Part shown: in pieces, positions 1 to 7,481 of the stretch
Position numbering within the stretch: position 1 is the stretch's first letter
Layout: every line of letters begins with the position of its first letter
Source of the DNA: a virus
Reading direction: 5' to 3' (one strand)
Virus genome (UHGV): UHGV-0071294
Length of the DNA stretch: 37,551 bases
The notes under the pieces: generated by a model
What the model saw: the letters and a program-made list of their open reading frames with translations, nothing else
Database searches by the model: none
Told to the model about the DNA's origin: nothing
Translations under genes and position numbers: made by a program

Positions 1-179
1 TTTAACGACAGGCTATCTATGAACCAGCTACCTCGCCGTGCGCTTTCGCGTTATGCCCTGACTTTTCAGGGATATATCCTTTCAGTAAACTGTCAGTGCC
101 GGATGTTCACCCGTGTCCGGCGCACGCACTCCACTTCACCCGTGGAGAACTCCTTAATTACCAACCCTCAGGAGGGTGA

Positions 180-413
180 ATGTTAAAATCAACTCTTATT
201 GCTAAATGCCTTTATCAAAATCGCATGGTAAGCAGCATTTCAATAGGCGAGTCTGCAGTTAAAAGTATTTTCGAAGAGTACTTTCCCGGGCATGATTTTA
301 ATAAATGGAATACCAAATTACCGCCAGCAGTTTCAACGCGTATTCTGAAAGCAACTGAAAGAGCAAGTACAATTCGCGTTAACTATTTCATTAAAGATTT
401 GTGGGATCTTTGA
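180..413 (+). CDS. hypothetical protein (77 aa)
   Basis: ORF preceded by a strong RBS (GGAGGG about 6 nt upstream); AT-rich relative to the structural genes; no recognisable motif. Confidence 0.4.
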   Translation: MLKSTLIAKCLYQNRMVSSISIGESAVKSIFEEYFPGHDFNKWNTKLPPAVSTRILKATERASTIRVNYFIKDLWDL

Positions 414-798
414 TATCCACAGAGCCTAAAGTATGTGCATATGGATGTGCTATTGTGCGCCCTCGCAGATTTGCATCATTTTCTAAATTCACTGAACGAA
501 ACAGGGCATCAACAAGGCTCTGTACAATGCAAAGGCAATCGAAGACTGTCGCCGTTTCTGTTTTGATTGATGAAAGAACATGGCCATTCACGCAAACAGA
601 AATTACCCGTTTATTAACATCGCTTTCCTGCTTTTGATTATCAGAACCATATAGCCCAGAAAAAGCATTGCGCACATTACAAACCATATTATCGATGGTT
701 TCTTTTTTGGTGTATGCCGGGTCAATTTTCACCAGACTATCACCGAGAGTCGTTGCAGCAATTGTCTGGATTTCTTTTGGTAAATCTTTAAATTCCAT
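391..798 (-). CDS. hypothetical protein (135 aa), distal gene of the leftward operon from the repressor
   Basis: ORF with a GAGG RBS about 8 nt upstream of the ATG; AT-rich; 3' end overlaps the convergent ORF 180..413 by 23 bp. Confidence 0.45.
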   Translation of the reverse strand: MEFKDLPKEIQTIAATTLGDSLVKIDPAYTKKETIDNMVCNVRNAFSGLYGSDNQKQESDVNKRVISVCVNGHVLSSIKTETATVFDCLCIVQSLVDALFRSVNLENDANLRGRTIAHPYAHTLGSVDIKDPTNL

Positions 799-820
799 TA
801 TTAGCCTCGTTGGTTAGCTA

Positions 821-1039
821 TTAACGTGGGTATGTAATCATTCTTGCAATGCTTAATGCCGCTGCTTTTTCCAGCCTGGTGATATCCTGCTCCAGAGCGG
901 ACAGATTTTCAGCCTGCTTAGCCCTGGCTTCATTGGCCCATTTCAGATCCTGCGCTGCATTAATTTTCTGGCGCATCCACTCATAAAGTTCATCATCGGT
1001 ATAGTCTGGCGCGATGATGACGGGTTCTCGTTTCTGCAT
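821..1039 (-). CDS. small hypothetical protein (72 aa), in the position of ydfC in Qin-type prophages
   Basis: ORF co-directional with the repressor; the size and order (51, 42, 72 aa downstream of a DicA-like repressor) mirror ydfA-ydfB-ydfC. Assigned by synteny only. Confidence 0.45.
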   Translation of the reverse strand: MQKREPVIIAPDYTDDELYEWMRQKINAAQDLKWANEARAKQAENLSALEQDITRLEKAAALSIARMITYPR

Positions 1040-1068
1040 ACTGATTCCTCGCGGTGCTGTTTCGCTTA

Positions 1069-1197
1069 TCAGCCGTTAGATTTTGCCGAACTGGAAAGCG
1101 CCTGTTTAAATTCGTTGAAGCTGAGAGCTTCTTCGCCGTCGGCAAGACCTTCGAAGTATTCTTCGTAAGCCTTTTCCATGATTGTGTCGAAATCCAT
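1069..1197 (-). CDS. small acidic protein (42 aa, MDFDTIMEKAYEEYFEGLADGEEALSFNEFKQALSSSAKSNG), ydfB-like by position
   Basis: Translated by hand from the reverse strand; AGGTGA RBS 5 nt upstream of the ATG; too short to appear in the ORF track; the start is coupled to the stop of the upstream gene. Confidence 0.35.
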   Translation of the reverse strand: MDFDTIMEKAYEEYFEGLADGEEALSFNEFKQALSSSAKSNG

Positions 1198-1198
1198 A

Positions 1199-1354
1199 TC
1201 ACTCACCTGAGTTTCTTTCCAGCCAGCGACGGGCACCATTTTCGGTTTTAAACGTTTTGCTTTTGGTATACGTCATCGCGGTGAATGTGCCGTCCTGGTT
1301 GGGAAACACGCCGTACACCAGAGATTCGTTGTTGCCAAGATCGATAGTATCCAT
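1199..1354 (-). CDS. small protein (51 aa, MDTIDLGNNESLVYGVFPNQDGTF...), ydfA-like by position
   Basis: Part of ORF 1199..1408; the internal ATG at 1352-1354 has a GAGG RBS; first gene of the leftward operon. Confidence 0.4.
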   Translation of the reverse strand: MDTIDLGNNESLVYGVFPNQDGTFTAMTYTKSKTFKTENGARRWLERNSGE

Positions 1355-1408
1355 GTTGACCTCATTTCCCCTTAACGCCGGGGTAGCGGAACTGTTTGCT
1401 GAGAACAC

Positions 1409-1557
1409 CGTGCGGTGTCTTGATGAATAAAATTTAGAATAACCTAAGGTGGATGGTCAAGGTTTTTGTGTAGAAAAACCTAAGTTTTTTTGATGTAAAA
1501 AACACAAGTGTTTGAAAGTTTGTGCTTTTTATTACAGGGTGTGGAGAAAAAAGGGGG
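1409..1557. promoter_or_regulatory. Putative promoter/operator region of the leftward small-gene operon
   Basis: Intergenic region between the repressor 3' end and the first small gene; contains CCTAAGG at 1443-1449 and CCTAAG at 1479-1484, the same motif that recurs in the divergent repressor/cro intergenic region. Confidence 0.3.
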
Positions 1558-1965
1558 TTATTTGTTTGCGCTTCTTTTGCGAGCTTTGAGTAGTTCTTCA
1601 AAAAGTTTGTTGAAATTTTCAACTCGAGCACGCATCTCTGACAACAGGGCCTTTTGCTCTGACTCAGGCAGTGCGTCGAACAGTTGAAGTAACTCTTTTT
1701 GATCTTCTGTCAGAATGGCTGGTTGATTATCCGGGAGCGGTTCGCCTGGTTGTTTATCTTCATCCCCAAAAAGAAGCCAAGTCGGTGAGCACTGAAGCGC
1801 TTGGCTCAGTGCGAATAATCTTTTCCCCGCCGGCTGTGTTTCATCTCTTTCCCATTGAGAAATTGTTACGTGAGCCACTTTGACCAGCTTACCTAATGCG
1901 GCCTGAGACAGTTTTAATTTTTTACGCCTATGTAAGAGGCGAGCACCGAAGGTTTCGTTTTTCAT
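1558..1965 (-). CDS. XRE-family HTH repressor, DicA/cI-like (135 aa), with no LexA-type S24 peptidase domain
   Basis: N-terminal HTH (LSQAALGKLVKVAHVTISQWERDETQP); C-terminus recalled as DicA-like (NFNKLFEELLKA); divergent from a Cro-like gene; too short to carry an autocleavage domain. Confidence 0.75.
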   Translation of the reverse strand: MKNETFGARLLHRRKKLKLSQAALGKLVKVAHVTISQWERDETQPAGKRLFALSQALQCSPTWLLFGDEDKQPGEPLPDNQPAILTEDQKELLQLFDALPESEQKALLSEMRARVENFNKLFEELLKARKRSANK

Positions 1966-1986
1966 ATTAGGGAATTCTAATTTTTC

Positions 1987-2034
1987 TTGACTTAGGTTTC
2001 TCTACGATCTAGTTTCCTTAGGAAAATCTAAGGA
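1987..2034 (+). promoter_or_regulatory. Putative rightward promoter (-35 TTGACT, -10 TAGTTT) with an overlapping operator-like inverted repeat CCTTAGG-N5-CTAAGG
   Basis: TTGACT at 1987-1992, a 17-bp spacer and TAGTTT at 2010-2015; the inverted repeat at 2016-2034 lies between the -10 and the RBS of the cro-like gene. Confidence 0.35.
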
Positions 2035-2041
2035 GTTCGAT

Positions 2042-2269
2042 ATGTTGAAAATTGATGCTATAGCGTTTTTTGGCAGCAAAACAAAGCTTGCCAATGCCGC
2101 AGGAGTTAGGCTGGCAAGCATTGCTGCATGGGGGGAACTGGTTCCTGAAGGTCGCGCGATGCGCCTGCAAGAGGCATCCGGCGGGGAACTTCAGTACGAC
2201 CCTAAAGTTTATGACGAATATCGTAAGGCAAAGCGGGCGGGGCGGTTGAACAATGAAAATCACCCCTGA
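2042..2269 (+). CDS. Cro/DicC-like small DNA-binding protein (75 aa)
   Basis: Divergent from the repressor; strong RBS AAGGAG; small basic protein with an HTH-like segment (KLANAAGVRLASIAAW). Confidence 0.6.
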   Translation: MLKIDAIAFFGSKTKLANAAGVRLASIAAWGELVPEGRAMRLQEASGGELQYDPKVYDEYRKAKRAGRLNNENHP

Positions 2270-2804
2270 ACAGGTTTGTGAGGCTCTGGATGCCTGGGTA
2301 TGCCGACCAGGAATGACACAGGAGCAGGCGACGATATTAATCACGGAAGCATTCTGGGCTCTGAAAGAACGCCCGAACATTGATGTTCAACGCGTCACGT
2401 TTGATGATGGCGCGGTTGATCAACGGGCACTGGGCGTTAACCGGGTGAAGATATTCGAACGCTGGAAAGCTATCGACACCAGGGATAAGCGTGAAAAATT
2501 CACGGCGCTGATTCCGGCAATTATGGAGGCTATCCGGATCAGCGATTTCAGGTTGTATTGTGAAATTACTGACGGAAAAAGCATTACGTACATGATCGCC
2601 GGGTTAAACAAAGAATATGGCGATGTGGTGGAGTCCGGGCTGCTTTTTGCGGATCCAGCTGTTGTGGAGCGTGAGACTGACGAGCTTATAGAAAAAGCTA
2701 TTGCTTTCAAGCATGCGTATCGTCAGCAATACCAACATTACTTTGCAGATAAACAAATATCTGTCTGGGGTTCGTATGAGTATCGATGCACTACGATGGG
2801 CTAA
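2253..2804 (+). CDS. CII/YdaT-like phage regulatory protein (183 aa)
   Basis: Position immediately after the cro-like gene with an overlapping start; the family assignment is from memory of YdaT/CII-like proteins and is uncertain. Confidence 0.45.
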   Translation: MKITPEQVCEALDAWVCRPGMTQEQATILITEAFWALKERPNIDVQRVTFDDGAVDQRALGVNRVKIFERWKAIDTRDKREKFTALIPAIMEAIRISDFRLYCEITDGKSITYMIAGLNKEYGDVVESGLLFADPAVVERETDELIEKAIAFKHAYRQQYQHYFADKQISVWGSYEYRCTTMG

Positions 2805-3816
2805 AAAGGTGAAAACCGGCAGTTCATCCAGCAAGTCAGTATTGACCTGGCTTGCTGATATGTGCGGTGCCGATTTGTGTGCATACCCGTCTGTATCTGC
2901 ACTGGCAGAAGTAACGGAACTGAACAAAAAGACTGTGCAGGACAGCTTACGACACCTGATGGAGATTGGGTTAATTGTTGATACCGGTGAGAGAAAAGGC
3001 AGAACAAAGCAAATTGTGGTGTACCGACTTATCGGTGTAGAAGAAAGTGTTGCCGAGCCTGAATACACCCAAAAACGGGAGTCTTTAAAGGTGGGTAAAA
3101 TTGGTGCTGTTAATAAAAACAGTACCGAAAATGGTTATGTTTCAGCACAAAACAGCCCCAAAAACGGAACTCTTAGCTGCATGGAAAATAACCAAAGACA
3201 CCCAAATTTTCCATCAAAGACACCCAAAAACGGATCACGGAACCCAAAGGAACCCAAAGATCTAACCCCCACACATAACGCACGCGAGAGTGCTCCGACC
3301 AGTGAGCAGGAAGTTTTGTCGTTACAGGCAGCACCCCCTGTATTCCTGGGTGGCCTGAGCGAACCCATCGGAAAATTTCCGATGACCGATAGCTGGTATC
3401 CGTCACGGGATTTTCGACGACGGGCTGCGTTGTGGGGGATGGCTTTGCCGGAGACAGAATTTACACCTGCTGAACTTGCCGCCTTCCGGGACTACTGGGC
3501 AGCGGAGGGGAAAGTATTTACGCAGATTCAGTGGGAGCAGAAATTCGCCCGTCACGTAAATCACGTCAGGGCGCAGGTTAAACCAGTCAGCAAGGGGGTG
3601 AACCATGCAGCAGCACCAGGTGGCACCGCATCACGGGCAGTTCAGGAAATTCGGGCAGCACGTGAGCAGTGGGAACGTGAAAACGGATTTATCAGCGACG
3701 GAAACGGCCTGGAAGCTGTGGGAACTCATGGGGGAGGTTTATTCGAACCGCTGGACTCAGAAGAACGGGGCCGCACCTTCGAAGCTCTGGATTGCACAGA
3801 TTGGCGCGATGACTGA
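2776..3816 (+). CDS. Replication initiation protein (O-like N-terminal HTH, DnaT-like C-terminal domain)
   Basis: N-terminus MSIDALRWAKK...LTWLADMCGA; C-terminal region DSWYPSRDFRRRAALWGM...FTQIQWEQKFARHVNHV resembles the DnaT-like domain of phage replication proteins. The start at 2776 is chosen within ORF 2701..3816. The last ~70 codons are low-complexity and overlap the next gene. Confidence 0.65.
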   Translation: MSIDALRWAKKVKTGSSSSKSVLTWLADMCGADLCAYPSVSALAEVTELNKKTVQDSLRHLMEIGLIVDTGERKGRTKQIVVYRLIGVEESVAEPEYTQKRESLKVGKIGAVNKNSTENGYVSAQNSPKNGTLSCMENNQRHPNFPSKTPKNGSRNPKEPKDLTPTHNARESAPTSEQEVLSLQAAPPVFLGGLSEPIGKFPMTDSWYPSRDFRRRAALWGMALPETEFTPAELAAFRDYWAAEGKVFTQIQWEQKFARHVNHVRAQVKPVSKGVNHAAAPGGTASRAVQEIRAAREQWERENGFISDGNGLEAVGTHGGGLFEPLDSEERGRTFEALDCTDWRDD

Positions 3817-4270
3817 GCAGCAAATCCGGCAGGTCTGCCGCCAGTGCATGGACCGTTGCAGGGCAGGTGAAACATGGCCTCCGGACCTGGCTGAGTTTGT
3901 GGCGCTGATTTCGGAGAGCGGGGCAAATCCATTTGGTCTGACGGTGGATAACGTGATGGAGGAGTACCGACGCTGGCGCAACGAGTCCTGGCGATACGAC
4001 GGAAGCGATAAATACCCGTGGTCTCAGCCTGTGCTGTATCACATTTGTCTCGAGATGCGTTCAAAGGGGATTGAGCGCCAGATGACCGAAGGGGAATTAA
4101 AACGGCTTGCAGAACGGCAACTGACGAAATGGGCAAAGCATGTTGGTAACGGACTGAGTGTTCCACCCGTCCGTAGGCAACTGGCAGCACCCATACGTCC
4201 TGCGGGACCAACGCCAATTGAGTTGCTGAAACAGGAATATGAACGCAGGAAAGCGGCAGGTTTTGTTTGA
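3605..4270 (+). CDS. Replication protein P-like (helicase loader)
   Basis: Segments TWPPDLAEFVAL, YPWSQPVLYHI and TEGELKRLAERQL parallel lambda P (PGQFVAWC, YPWKSNAHYWLV, TDAELRRKAADEL); good RBS (GGGGGTG) before the ATG at 3605. Overlaps the preceding gene by 212 bp. Confidence 0.65.
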   Translation: MQQHQVAPHHGQFRKFGQHVSSGNVKTDLSATETAWKLWELMGEVYSNRWTQKNGAAPSKLWIAQIGAMTEQQIRQVCRQCMDRCRAGETWPPDLAEFVALISESGANPFGLTVDNVMEEYRRWRNESWRYDGSDKYPWSQPVLYHICLEMRSKGIERQMTEGELKRLAERQLTKWAKHVGNGLSVPPVRRQLAAPIRPAGPTPIELLKQEYERRKAAGFV

Positions 4271-4299
4271 GTTGATAAGTAATTTTACCGGGAGGGTTT

Positions 4300-4695
4300 A
4301 TGGCGAAACCTTTTACACCCGAACAGCGGGAAGAGCTGAAGGCACGAATTATCGGATTGGTACGCAAAAATGGACGCATGACGATGTCGCAACTGGAGAG
4401 AGCGACGGGAGCTGGCTGGCATTCGGTCCGACGCTGCCTTGTGGATGTACTGGCTTGTGGTGATTTATACATGTCCGGGGAATACGGTGTTTTTGCATCA
4501 GAGCAGGCGTATCGTGAATGGCGTAAGACACCGGAGAAAACAACTGACCAGACACTGATTCGAAAGTTACCAGACGGAGAAATACGCCGCTACGACAGAC
4601 ACCTGAACATAATCTGTCGCGAGTGCCGGAAGAGTGAGGTTATGCAGCGAGTGCTGGCGTTTTATCAGGGGAAATTTCAGGAGGTGATGCTGTGA
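4300..4695 (+). CDS. hypothetical protein with a winged-helix-like N-terminus and a CxxC motif (131 aa)
   Basis: Strong RBS GGGAGGG; N-terminal segment IIGLVRKNGRMTMSQLERATG; C-terminal ICRECRKSE. Confidence 0.5.
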   Translation: MAKPFTPEQREELKARIIGLVRKNGRMTMSQLERATGAGWHSVRRCLVDVLACGDLYMSGEYGVFASEQAYREWRKTPEKTTDQTLIRKLPDGEIRRYDRHLNIICRECRKSEVMQRVLAFYQGKFQEVML

Positions 4696-4934
4696 GCGAA
4701 TCAAAATGTCAGGTTAATGGCAATCAGTTAGAACTATGTGCGGCACTGGCAAAAGCCCTTGAGCATGATGCTGAATACACGATGCGAAAAGGTCTGCTGA
4801 TATACAAAATCTGGAATGAGAATTTAACTCGCGCCCCTGATTTGGTGATGTTGCGTTCCGGTGAATTTTCTAAATCACCTATTCGAGTCTCATTTTGCCC
4901 GTTCTGTGGTGAAAGTCTGAAAACATGGAAATAA
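4692..4934 (+). CDS. small zinc-ribbon-like protein (80 aa)
   Basis: GTG start coupled to the upstream stop, with RBS AGGAGGTG; cysteine pairs CQVNGNQLELC and CPFCG. Confidence 0.4.
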   Translation: MSESKCQVNGNQLELCAALAKALEHDAEYTMRKGLLIYKIWNENLTRAPDLVMLRSGEFSKSPIRVSFCPFCGESLKTWK

Positions 4935-4945
4935 GGAGACAACCA

Positions 4946-5470
4946 GTGAGCAAGATTGACTATCAGGCACTGCGTGGGGCGGCAGAAGCAATAAAAATAG
5001 CAGCCACACCACAAAAATTGCTGGCATTTCGTATGAAAGCCACACCTCAGGTTGTGTTGGAACTGCTGGATGAACTGGAAATTAAAAGCAAACGAATTAA
5101 CGAGTTAATCAAGGGTGGTGAAAACGCCAAATACGTGACTGAAATTTTCCGACTTGAGAAAGAACGCATGGCGCTGGCGGCGGAGAATGCGGGGCTGAAT
5201 AAATTTATCGTACAGAGTTGCTACGTGTTTGATGGCGAGCAGGATGAACTATCTGATGCGTATATCTGCGCAACAGACGGAGGTATGCCGCAAACCCCGG
5301 CTACAGATGCTTTCCTGGCTGATGTACGGGCGGTGGCGTTTGACGAACTTCGCGCGGCGTTTGTCAGGCACGTAAAAGTTGCAGGACTGGATGAGGCCGA
5401 TACCGTAACGCTTAAGGAAGTGACAGAAGCATTGTTGCATTGTGCGGAACAGATTCGCGCGCCTGAATAA
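4946..5470 (+). CDS. hypothetical protein, possibly Ead/Ea22-like
   Basis: Part of ORF 4925..5470; GTG at 4946 has an AAGGAGA RBS 7 nt upstream; the family guess is from memory only. Confidence 0.4.
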   Translation: MSKIDYQALRGAAEAIKIAATPQKLLAFRMKATPQVVLELLDELEIKSKRINELIKGGENAKYVTEIFRLEKERMALAAENAGLNKFIVQSCYVFDGEQDELSDAYICATDGGMPQTPATDAFLADVRAVAFDELRAAFVRHVKVAGLDEADTVTLKEVTEALLHCAEQIRAPE

Positions 5471-5564
5471 TTAAATTTAGTGTTGTAAATAAAATTTAAT
5501 CCTTAACCGGAGGGATTTCTGCACCCTCAGAACATCAGGAGGCCGCCCGAAAGGGCGGTAATGA

Positions 5565-5783
5565 ATGGTCACATTATTCAGAAAAAAATATCCACGAAAG
5601 AGTAGAACAACAGAATTTCTGTTTCTCATTCTGTTTATCGTGTTGATGATACCGATATCCCCGCTAATTTTTGTCTGGGCAATCGGGAAAATAATTGAGC
5701 CAGTTATTGAATTGTATAACGACGTGGTGTGGGCGTCGTTCAACACACTGCACAATAAAATTAACCCGTATAAGGAAAGCTGA
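5565..5783 (+). CDS. small putative membrane protein (72 aa)
   Basis: Hydrophobic stretch FLFLILFIVLMIPISPLIFVWAIG; weak translation signals. Confidence 0.3.
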   Translation: MVTLFRKKYPRKSRTTEFLFLILFIVLMIPISPLIFVWAIGKIIEPVIELYNDVVWASFNTLHNKINPYKES

Positions 5784-5784
5784 T

Positions 5785-6150
5785 ATGGCACTGACGAAAA
5801 AGCAACGTGCAGAACTGCGCATGAAGTTCGGTGGTCGCTGTGCTTATTGCGGCTGCGAACTTGGCGAAAAGTGGCATGCAGACCATGTAAAACCGGTCAT
5901 TCGTTTTGATGGAAATATGCTTCACCAGGAACGTGACGGTATATCCAACATGGTTCCGGCATGCCACCCATGCAATCTGCACAAGCATTGCAGTAGCCTG
6001 GAAGATTATCGGCGAATTATCAGTGATGGTCGTCGTGAATTCCTTGCGTCCGGGAAAGGCAAAGCGCTGGTTCGTATGGGATTGGTTGAAATGAAACCTG
6101 ACCCGGTTGTGTTCTGGTTTGAAAAATATCAAGAAGGGGCTACAGCATGA
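5785..6150 (+). CDS. HNH endonuclease (121 aa)
   Basis: Motifs CAYCGCEL...HADHVKP...ACHPCNLHKH fit the HNH Cys/His pattern; ATG at 5785 with RBS AAGGAAAG. Confidence 0.7.
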   Translation: MALTKKQRAELRMKFGGRCAYCGCELGEKWHADHVKPVIRFDGNMLHQERDGISNMVPACHPCNLHKHCSSLEDYRRIISDGRREFLASGKGKALVRMGLVEMKPDPVVFWFEKYQEGATA

Positions 6151-6710
6151 CCACTTTTACCAATAGCAAACTAACAGACGAATACGTTTCAAATGCAACG
6201 TTGATTCGGCTCATTCTGTGGGCTGACCAGCACAATAGTCATTATGTTGCAGCGGCTCTGCGCGAGCTACAGGAGCGCCGCAAGGCTGATAGTGTGCCTG
6301 TAGAAATCAACGACGACATGGCTTACGCATTCCATCGCGCACTGTCAGATTCATCGCCAGGCGCTGATGAGGTAGAGGAAATTAAGACAGGGTTGCGTGC
6401 AGCCTTTGCCAATGTCACCACCCAACCAGCACCAGTAGTGCCGGAATTTGAAACATGGTTTAACAGCCAGGAGTCAGGGAGGAGTATATGCAGCACACAG
6501 ATTCGTCGTTCCCTTCAGGAAATTTCATGGAACGCCTGCCGCGCCGCCATGCTTAAGGGAGATAAATCACGATTAATCGAACCAAACTGGAGCACATTCT
6601 CGAATATGCCAGGCAGCAGAAATGTATTGGGCAACTTTGTAAAATTCCACCAGGAGATATGGTTGAAATCGTGGAAATTGCCATGCGCAAGGCTGGCAAC
6701 TCTCCGGTAA
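6147..6710 (+). CDS. hypothetical protein (187 aa); the 3' part may be frameshifted into the next ORF
   Basis: The N-terminal ~110 aa look protein-like; after about 6550 the frame becomes W-rich and odd, while the +2 frame is open from 6566 and continues into the DUF551-like ORF. Confidence 0.45.
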   Translation: MTTFTNSKLTDEYVSNATLIRLILWADQHNSHYVAAALRELQERRKADSVPVEINDDMAYAFHRALSDSSPGADEVEEIKTGLRAAFANVTTQPAPVVPEFETWFNSQESGRSICSTQIRRSLQEISWNACRAAMLKGDKSRLIEPNWSTFSNMPGSRNVLGNFVKFHQEIWLKSWKLPCARLATLR

Positions 6711-6928
6711 CTCCGGATGGTTGGATAAGCTGTAGTGAGCGAATGCCGGATACCAAAACAGCCGTTCTTGTTGCCGTGGAGTTTGACAGGAAAGGTGACT
6801 GGCGAATGAAATGGGCGACTTACATCCCGGGGCATCCTGACGCTAATGATGGGTGGATAATTCCTGGTGCGTCGTGGAAACCGTCACACTGGATGCCGCT
6901 ACCGGAACCGCCACAGGAGGTGAGTTAA
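6659..6928 (+). CDS. DUF551-like protein (89 aa from the first ATG; its frame is open from 6566)
   Basis: Sequence MVEIVEIAMRKAGNSPVTPDGWISCSERMPD...WMPLPEPP recalled as the DUF551 type found in enterobacterial prophages; upstream start uncertain. Confidence 0.45.
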   Translation: MVEIVEIAMRKAGNSPVTPDGWISCSERMPDTKTAVLVAVEFDRKGDWRMKWATYIPGHPDANDGWIIPGASWKPSHWMPLPEPPQEVS

Positions 6929-7011
6929 TGACCTGGCCTGAAGCATTCACAACGGTAGGAATTGCGATGGCGGTGGCGCTGGTGGTGTATTCGATTTGCC
7001 GTTGGGGATAA
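6928..7011 (+). CDS. small membrane peptide (27 aa, MTWPEAFTTVGIAMAVALVVYSICRWG)
   Basis: Strong RBS CAGGAGG 7 nt upstream; TAATG overlap with the preceding stop; single hydrophobic helix. Translated by hand, too short for the ORF track. Confidence 0.35.
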   Translation: MTWPEAFTTVGIAMAVALVVYSICRWG

Positions 7012-7150
7012 ATCACCGTAAAAAAAGACCCCGACACAAACATGAGCCGGGATCTTTGATTTATATAGCTTACGAATCCGCCAGTAAGAGAGCGGGGCGG
7101 ATGGCTTATTTTAACATTGGGGTGGAGGAACCAAAAGTGTTGTTTTGGCT

Positions 7151-7172
7151 TACCAAAACGATCGTTTTGGTA
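7151..7172. promoter_or_regulatory. Perfect 22-bp palindrome TACCAAAACGATCGTTTTGGTA, a candidate operator
   Basis: Read directly from the sequence; lies about 110 bp upstream of the putative antitoxin gene in an otherwise non-coding stretch. Confidence 0.4.
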
Positions 7173-7283
7173 GCTAAAAATTTTTATCCGCATTAGACTA
7201 ATCTAACCTTAGTACTACACTATTAATTACGCGCCAGGTTGGTGCGTTGGCCTTGCCAAAAGAACTTCAAGGGAAACGACAAG

Positions 7284-7463
7284 ATGAGCTACGCACTCAA
7301 GAAACACACACGGCTAAATATTCCGCCTCGCGACAAACGGGTTGTGGCAGCCCCTCGCCCGGCGATTGATGAAAACTGCACTCATCGTGAGCAGGTGAAA
7401 AATGCTTTCGATTTCGGTTTTTCTCGTTACGAGAAGGCAATGGAAGAACTTTCAAAAGTGTAA
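7284..7463 (+). CDS. putative antitoxin partner of the Doc/Fic toxin (59 aa)
   Basis: Small ORF ending 18 bp upstream of the toxin gene, the typical TA arrangement; no recognised antitoxin motif. Confidence 0.4.
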   Translation: MSYALKKHTRLNIPPRDKRVVAAPRPAIDENCTHREQVKNAFDFGFSRYEKAMEELSKV

Positions 7464-7481
7464 TGATGGGTATTGTGCTCT

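Noticed and set aside
1-179. Possible attachment site or upstream gene fragment at the 5' edge
   Set aside because: No ORF, repeat or tRNA-like structure could be supported in this short stretch.
1054-1251. 65-aa + strand ORF overlapping the small minus-strand genes
   Set aside because: The minus-strand reading gives RBS-preceded, translationally coupled small genes consistent with the repressor-side operon; the + strand ORF lacks an RBS and runs against that operon.
2604-4472. Long minus-strand ORFs opposite the replication genes (2604..3068, 3726..4472)
   Set aside because: Opposite-strand artefacts of the O-like and P-like genes; no RBS and implausible composition.
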